Source: the human T2T-CHM13v2.0 reference genome, Homo sapiens
Length of the DNA: 64,000 bases
Direction: 5' to 3' (one strand)
Assembly: GCF_009914755.1 (NCBI RefSeq)
Contig: NC_060930.1
Shown here: in pieces, positions 56,051 to 64,000 of the stretch
Layout: each line of letters starts with the position of its first letter
How positions within the stretch are numbered: the first letter of the stretch is position 1
Program-made: the position numbers and the translations under genes
The notes under the pieces: generated by a model
What the model was told of the DNA's origin: nothing
The model's database searches: none
The model's input: the letters and a program-made list of their open reading frames with translations, nothing else

Positions 56051-56700
56051 TAGTCAATTCATTGTTTGTGATAGGTATAGTCTATAACATTACAGCAGAC
56101 ACTGAATTAACAAATACTGAACCATTGCTCCAAAGGGAAATACAGGATTAGGTCCCTTTGAGAATCTGGTCACAACATTTTCATCAACCAATCAAAATGA
56201 CTTTGTTTTATGTGCGTTTCAGTTAAAATACACCTTATTTAATGTATGTTGTTGATGCACTAACATTGAACTCATAGCCGACAGCACTTTATCTCATGCC
56301 TAAACAAGGTTTATCTAACATACTTATTTTCTATGTAAGGTATAGGATAACTTTGTTGTGCTTAAGATCACTAGATACTACTTCAGCACCATTCTGGGCT
56401 CATTTTAAGCAGTGAAATCAACAAAACAAAAAGCCCCAAAAGTATGAAACATGTGGCAATAAAAAGATCTGAAATGTATACTTGGTTATAATATAAGGGT
56501 TAAAACAAAAAGGCAGAGCATCATCATGTTAGACCTCAGCTAGAAAAGTGCACATTGGCCAACTCAAAATTTTTACCACTTTGTGCATGTCCACAGTTGG
56601 CTATGATGGTGCTGTGCATTTTAGTTTCAATATTACAAATAAATTTTAACACATAGGTCAATTCAGAAATATAAAATCTGTGAATCATGAAGATTAACTG
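56051..56700 (+). mobile_element. MER82 (TcMar-Tigger) inserted within a MIR
   Basis: acactgaattaacaaatactgaaccattgctcc...gaaatacaggattagg...ctggtcacaacattttc; MIR halves on both sides. Confidence 0.75.
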
Positions 56701-57109
56701 TTATCCATTTTTCAGGGATATGGTGAGGCTCAGAAATATATAACAGTCCATACATAATATTTGTTTATTACTTGGCACATAGTAAGTACCACATAATACC
56801 ATTATTGCTAGTATTTTAATTACCAACATAGAAGAAAAACATGAGCCTTGGCCTCAAGCTGCTTATGATATCATTGAAGAAAAAAAAATAACTTGAATGA
56901 GGCTATACTGGAGTGATATAAGTATAGCATGTTCCACTTCTATGAATTTTCGAAAGAGGTCTGAACAACAGCAGTAAGTAAAGATGTCATGGTAGAATTA
57001 GAACTTAAGATAGAATCTGGAGAAGCAAGTTAGGTACAGAAATACTCAATAATTAAACTATGCAGTCAAAAGTACAGAAATAGTGTAAGAATGGCATGTC
57101 CATTAGAAA

Positions 57110-57219
57110 AACCTTCCTGTCTTTATGATCTGCATTTTCCACCATTCATCCTACTTTGGAAAATATTTTGGAAAATAGGGTGCATGGTGGAAAATGCAGA
57201 TCATAAAGGCAGGAAAGTT
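57110..57219. repeat. Long inverted repeat / fold-back hairpin
   Basis: 44-bp arms (57110-57153, 57176-57219) with 4 mismatches and a 25-bp perfect core. Confidence 0.95.
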
Positions 57220-57984
57220 GAGGCCACATAAAAGAGTTTGAACTTGATTCTCTATAAACAGATTTACTAAATATAAAGATTATTTTTAGAAAGATGGTCT
57301 GAAAAGGTAAATAACATGGATTGGTGAGTAGAGAAAGAGTGGGGAAGGAGGGGGAATAAGCCCATGGAGGTGCTATGGCAGTGACCTAGATATGAGAAAA
57401 GAAGAGAGCGTGTCTTAGTGACAGTGGGTCAGAAAAGAGGAAAGAAACATCTTCATGGAAGGAAAGAAAGGCCCTTGAAACAGTTTAGATTTGGGGGACA
57501 AAGAAAGAAAATATTGGAAAAAATACACACATAGAAATGTCCACAGGTCCTCACAGTGTACTGTGTTCCTGAAACTCATCTGAATGCAAGGACCAGTCTC
57601 TACCCAGGCATGTTCCTACTCATTGATCACACTTCTGTGGACCTAACAGAAGATCAGTGTTTTCCCAATGTTTTTGACTGTGACTTGCTGTAAAACACAC
57701 AGTTACATTAACATGCAGTTGAAAACTAGAGTTTTCCAAAATAATATTTACCTCACTCTGTGTAATAATACACTCTGGTATTCTCCATTATTTTTTATTT
57801 CATTAAGAAAAATTAATCATGACCTTGAAACAGGTCATTACTCGACATTGGAAAGCTACTTGTTTATCTGATACATCCGCTAGGTTTAAGAAATTTGTTT
57901 CTCAATAGCTGAGATTAAATAGGAAGCTCTAACCTTAGTTTTCTGATTTCTTTTTTAAGTTCAGACTATATTCTAAACGAATGA

Positions 57985-58350
<366 letters not shown>

Positions 58351-59990
58351 AAATCTTTTATCTTAAAACACTTGATGAGCAAGCAGATATGTTGCACCAT
58401 GGATTACTCCCATGCTGATTATCAATAGATTAAGTCACTTGGTGAAGACCTTGGAGTATGGTTTCTCCATTGGTTTTAATGCCAGACACTATTGGCTTTT
58501 TTATATTAAAAATTGGGTTGATAAATTTGGAAGCAACTATTAATATGATAATATAATACCCTCATATAATGATAGGCCTCATCTGTAGAGGTAGTATAAT
58601 TTTGTTGACTAAATAAGATCTGGGAAGGCTTTTCTGGGTTGGAATTACAGTACAACTCTAGCCTTCAAGACACAACCTGATACCTTGAGATCCTCTGCTC
58701 AAGAGGCATTGTGTAACCAGAAAGGCTAATAATTTTCTCAAACATCAGTAAGGGAGATAGGGAATGGAAGCAGGGGAGTAGGGTGTGATGAGTAAGAGTA
58801 CTTGCTCTGACCTTCAAGATGTGGCTTTAACACTTGTTAGCTCTGTGATCCAAGACAAGTTATTCAACCACTCTATGCCTCAATTTTCTATTCAACAATA
58901 TGGGATAATAGTACTTACCTTATAGGATTCATGTGAGGGTTAAACTTTCTATGTCAAGTACTTACTCAGTACCTGACACCTGGTAGGTCTCAAGAAATGT
59001 GGCTATTATTATCATCCAACAAGACAAAAATGGAACAAAAATTTACAGTCCTTAGAGCACAGGTAGCTACTGCCAATGCAGATATGTAATTGGTATCTCT
59101 CCTGCCAAGAAAGAAAGGTTGAATGTTTCTCATGGAACCACCTAAGGGAGTGTGGGCACTGCTTTTTTTATTTTTTATTTTTTTCACTTATTATGGAAGA
59201 AAAGGGCAGGGAATGTATCAGGGAAAATGGAAACAAAAAAAAGCAGCACTCATCTTTAAGGTCAGCACTGAAGGGCCATTTTGTAGTTAGAGAGCAAGGG
59301 GATAAGAAAAATTGCTTCAATCAATAGCCAGGATGCCTGGCTCAGTAGAAAATAAGCCAGGTACAGGACAGTAGCTCCCAGCCAACAATCACTCCAAGTC
59401 ATCTAAATGGCTGCTGTTTTCAATGCTTAACAGCCTGAGAAGATTTCCTATTGTTTCTCTGTGGTATAGAAAGCCTAACATAACTAGCATCACTTCCTAG
59501 ATAATATTTAAACCCCGCCCTTATTGTAAACATGACAATAAGAAATTTAATGGCAAATAACTTTCTTAAGTGGGTGAAATATGAAGCAATAGATCTTGCT
59601 TCACAACCCAACATGGTTAAATCCTACCGTGAACGAATCTGGAAGATAACTGGTAACTGAGGGGAACTAACAAGCTCCATAGAAGAGCCCGGAGTATGCA
59701 ACACAACCACGTAGGAAGAGGAAGAGAGGTAAAGTAGTTTTAAGAATGTATGAAGTGCAATGTATCAGCTGGTAAATGCCATGTGCAGTAAATAAATTAG
59801 TTTGGTCGAGTTTTTAAAAAATACAATAAAACATGAGACTGCTAGTTTTACCTTTTCCGAAGCTCCTATTATTTTCTTCAGAGTCAAGAAAATATTGAGA
59901 TTTGCATTAGTAAAAGTTACAGATGGTTTTATGTTGTGATTCCATTTATTATCAAATATTCTACTGTTTTAAAAAGTTTTTATTGAAGAA

Positions 59991-60671
59991 TGTTTTGGTT
60001 TATTAGGGCTACCATAACAAATACCACAAACTGAGTGACTTAAACAACAAACATTTATTTTCTCACAGTTCTGGAGGCTAGATCTCCAAGATCGAGGTCA
60101 CGACAGGTTTGGTTTCTCATGAGGCCTCTCTCTTTGGCTTGTAGATGGCTGCCTTCTCTCTCTGTCTTTTACACATGGTCTTTTTCTCTACACACTTGCA
60201 TCCCTGGTGTCTCTCTGTGTGTTCTAATATCCTCTTCTTTTTTTTTTTTCTTTATCTTTTATTATACTTTAAGTTCTAGGGTACATGTGCACAACGTGCA
60301 GGTTTGTTACATATGTATACATGTGCCATGTTGGTGTGCTGCACCCATTAACTAGTCATTTACATTAGGTGTTTCTCCTAATGCTATCCCTCCCCCCTCC
60401 CCCGACCCCATGACAGGCCCTGGTGTGTGATGTTCCCCACCCTGTGTCCAAGTGTTCTCATTGTTCAGTTCCCACCTATGAGTGAGAACATGCGGTGTTA
60501 AGGACACCAGTCAGATTAGATTAGGGCCCACCCTGATTCACTCTTTCTAACTTAATTTCCTTTTTAACAGCCCTATGTCCAAAGACAATCGCATCTGAGC
60601 TACTGGGTACTAGGACTTTAACATAACGATTTTGGGGTTGGGGGGTGCTGAGATATAGTGAGCCTATAACA
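59991..60671 (-). mobile_element. MLT1B-like MaLR solo LTR interrupted by L1
   Basis: tg...ca termini; ataacaaataccacaaactgagtgacttaaacaac...ctcacagttctggaggctag; resumes at aaggacaccagtcagattagattagggccc; 5-bp TSD aagaa/aggaa. Confidence 0.85.
60240..60499 (-). mobile_element. L1PA 3' end (~260 bp) nested in MLT1B
   Basis: ttattatactttaagttctagggtacatgtgcacaacgtgcagg...cccacctatgagtgagaacatgcggtgtt. Confidence 0.93.
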
Positions 60672-62178
60672 AGGAATCTTGAAGGACTATGAGAATTTTC
60701 TTTTATTGAAGGGGTCTGTGTCAGTCATCTTTCTTCAGGACTGGACCTGCTGTGACTACTGCCTGTAGTCTTGTAAGGGTCTAAACTTGTGATGTGTGCA
60801 GGCTTCTCTCACATGGTGGCCCTTAAGTGTATCAGCCAGGCCTACCAAACTTGAGGGATCACTCATTACCTTATTCCTCACTTAAGAAACATCTCCTTTC
60901 TGAACATGATGATGATTTTGTCACACTGAGTTATGATATTTTTATAACATTGGGTGTTCTCCCAGGCTGTCTCTGGGGAAAAAATCATATTTAATGGTGT
61001 TAGTATCATTAACTATTTTTACCTTTCATTTTTAAAAGGGGACTGTAGGCAATACTGAGCTCATGCCCCAAAGCACTAAAGATTGGATGACTTATTCTTT
61101 CCACTTAGCTTCATCCCATCTAGTATACCTCACAGCAGAATTACTCTGTTGCCTCTTGTTGGAGTCCTTGATCCTAAAGGTAACTCAGAGGTACTGAGAG
61201 CGTTGTACAAAAAATTCCCCATCTGAGCTATTCTGAGACTCCACAAGTTAAACTCTCTTACATCATGGCAAAGCAATGAGATTAGTATGAAAGACAATGA
61301 TTCCTGGAACAATGTTCTTACGCAGTTTTCACAATGAGTCAGAGCTATAAGAAGTCTTTTTTAAAATGTGTTCTTAAAGACTTTTTTCACATGGTCTTTT
61401 GTGACCACGTGACTATTACAGGCGTACGCCACCATTCCCGGCCGACCTAGTGAGTATTAGGAGATATTAGTTTCAATTATCTGTTCTCACATTCCTTTTG
61501 GTCTGGCAGGTTGCAGTGCGAAAGCAAGGACAGACCAGCCCTGCCATCAGAAGCCCTCTGAATACCACTGTCAGGTCAGGTCATCTGGCCTGCTGCAGAC
61601 CCCACTATTGACCTTGATATCCTTGTCCTTCAGATGTCGCCCTATCTTTTGTCTTCCAGTTTTCCAGTGGCTCAGATTTTTGACTCTAGATCATATTCTT
61701 CTTATGCCTTGGTTTCTGAAACCTGCTAGATGGCATCCTGTATTATAATATTCTGCCTTTCTGAATCCTTGTTAGTTTTCAGTTGCCAGTGCTCAATTGA
61801 TGTGCTGCTTGGATAAACATTCTGGATAAAAGGTCTCAACCATGGTATTGGGCCTCTTGGTCTTGCTTGATTAGGAGTTATTTTGCTTATTCACCTATTA
61901 CCAAAAAAGTACCTAGAGCACTCTTTAGAGATTACTTACTATTTTTTTTTAAGAGCAAACTCAAGATGATTTCCATAATAATGTTGTTCTTACTTAATTT
62001 CATTTCAGTATACTTTCTTGACTAGAATAGGATACTATGAGGTAGAGTTGAAGCCATACACAGGGAATCTGTGATCCCTACTTTAATCTATAATATGGAT
62101 GTATTCATGGTTTTATGTATCATGCATGCAAATGTTATCAGCCAAGTGCATCAGGGGAAAAAAAAACGAGATCTACTA

Positions 62179-62248
62179 TTAGGTTGATGCAAAAGTAATT
62201 GCAGTTTTTAATGGAAAAAAAACCCGCATTTACTTTTGCACCAACCTA
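62179..62248. mobile_element. MADE1 (Hsmar1-derived MITE), internally shortened
   Basis: ttaggttgatgcaaaagtaattgcagttttt...cccgcatttacttttgcaccaaccta, flanked by TA. Confidence 0.9.
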
Positions 62249-62335
62249 TACACTGTATTTTGAACACTCTTTGGATTTTTACCTAGTTAAAAGAATGGTC
62301 TGTCTCCTCTGGATTAATCTCAGCAGTGGAGAGTC

Positions 62336-62614
62336 TTTTTTTTTTTCTTTTTTTTTTAAGATGGAGTCTCGCTCTGTCACCCAGGCTGGAGTGCAGTGGC
62401 ATGATCTTGGCTCACTGTAACCTATGCTTCCTGAGTTCACGCAATTCTCCTGCCTTAGCCTCCTAAGTAGCTGGGATTATAGGTGTGCACCACCATGCCT
62501 AGCTAATTTTTTTTTATTTTTAGTAGAGACCGAGTTTCACCATGTTGGCCAGGCTGGTCTTGAACTCCTGACCTCAGGAGATCCACCCACCTAGGCTTTC
62601 CAAAGTGCTGGGAT
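62336..62614 (-). mobile_element. AluSx-like, missing ~28 nt at its 5' end
   Basis: Alu body ends abruptly at caaagtgctgggat. Confidence 0.92.
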
Positions 62615-63497
62615 GTAAAATTTATATTATTCTGTTACCTGTCTTTCCTGCTTTCTTTCTTACTTCGTCATCTTTTTTTTATTTATTTCTCTTCTTATGA
62701 ATTTACCTTCAATGTTTTAACCATGACTTCATCCCACTCAGCTCTAGTCATGATAATCTTAAATTTTTTTTTGACTGAAAAGCCTCCAGTTTAATTATTC
62801 ACAAATTTTTACCTCTTGAGCTATAGGCTTGTAGTTAAACCTGCCCACTGGGTCTCTTTTCTTAGCTATGTTGTTGATCCCTCGTACTCAATTTGAACAA
62901 AACAAAGTTCACTTTCTTTTCTCAACACTGCTGCTTCTTATGTGGTAGCATGGCTAACTCATCATTCTCAGCTACCTGGGCTAAGAACGAAAGGCTGACT
63001 TTTGATTCTGTGCTTCTCCTCCCATGCAATCTGTCGTCATGTCGTTTCTCTAAACCAAGCTGCCATCATCTTTGGCCTCAATAATTAAGACAAACTGAAT
63101 TCTAACCTTCCTGTTTTTACTCTTACTCTCCTATACTTTATTTTCCACTCAGTGGCCAAAACTAGACTTTGATTTTTAATACAACTCATGTAATAGAACC
63201 ACTGTGGGATCAAAGCCTCACTTTACCTGACCCCTGTGTATCATTTTCACCCTCTATTAATATTTTCATCCCTTCACCTCACCCAGCCCCCTCTTCAACT
63301 CTAGTTACGTTATCTTTCTTTCTGTTTCTCAAACTTGTTCAGACTGTCATTTACCCAGGGAATTTGAACATTCTCTTCCCTTTTCTTCTGGAACTCTCTT
63401 CCTCAGGTCTTTGTGTGGCTGTCTCTTTATTATTCTGGTCTCAGTTCAAATGTGACCTTCTTAGAAAGTTCTTTCCTGATGACTATCTAATCTAAAG

Positions 63498-63500
<3 letters not shown>

Positions 63501-63558
<58 letters not shown>
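63501..63558 (+). repeat. (TC)n(CA)n microsatellite
   Basis: Directly visible. Confidence 0.95.
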
Positions 63559-63561
<3 letters not shown>

Positions 63562-63609
63562 GCTGACCTATTCAGTCTATTCCTATAACCTATTTTGTTT
63601 TCGTGTCAC

Positions 63610-64000
63610 TGTCTCAGTCCATTTGTGATGCTATAACAAAATACCTGAGACTGGTTAATTGGTAACGAATAAAAATATATTTCCCACAGTTCTGGAGGCT
63701 GGAAAGTCCAACATCAAGGCACTGGTGGCAGGTTCAGTTGTCTAGTGATAGCTGCTCTCTGCTTTCAAGCTGGTCCCTTGTTGCTGCATCCTCTAAGAGG
63801 TGAGGAACCCTGCGTCCTAACATAGTGGAAAACAGAAGGGTGTGTTAGCCAAACACCGCAGGAAGCTTCTTTTATAAGGGCAGTAATTCCATTTGCAAGA
63901 GAGGAGCCCTCAATGGCATAATTACATTTTAAAGGCCCCAACTCTTAATAACATTACATTGTCAACAGCTGAATTTTGGAGGCATCATATTCAAACTGCT
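63610..64000 (-). mobile_element. MLT1A-like MaLR LTR (runs to the window edge)
   Basis: tgtctcagtccatttgtgatgctataacaaaatacctgagactgg...cacagttctggaggctggaaagtccaacatcaagg...ttttataagggcagtaattcc. Confidence 0.85.

Overview
Primate (human or great-ape) genomic DNA lying entirely inside the adhesion GPCR gene ADGRB3 (BAI3) on the + strand. Five internal coding exons with canonical AG/GT boundaries (11859-12023, 12482-12646, 30598-30699, 31069-31175, 49607-49801; probably exons 7-11) join in frame. They encode two thrombospondin type-1 repeats, the hormone-receptor motif (HRM) and the start of the GAIN domain. The rest is AT-rich intron dense in Alu, L1, L2, MIR, MaLR LTRs and DNA transposons; the other ORFs in the track look spurious. 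I see no evidence of a new multi-gene system. The most notable unexplained structures are: a ~110-nt near-perfect fold-back hairpin (57110-57219); a tailless 5S rRNA retro-fragment with a 17-bp TSD (39203-39246); a strong CTCF site in a locally CpG-rich patch (24075-24093); an E-box/RFX cluster (46277-46669); several locally templated duplications; and inverted Alu pairs bracketing exon pairs. Repeat subfamily names and exon numbers are recalled from consensus sequences, not from a database search.
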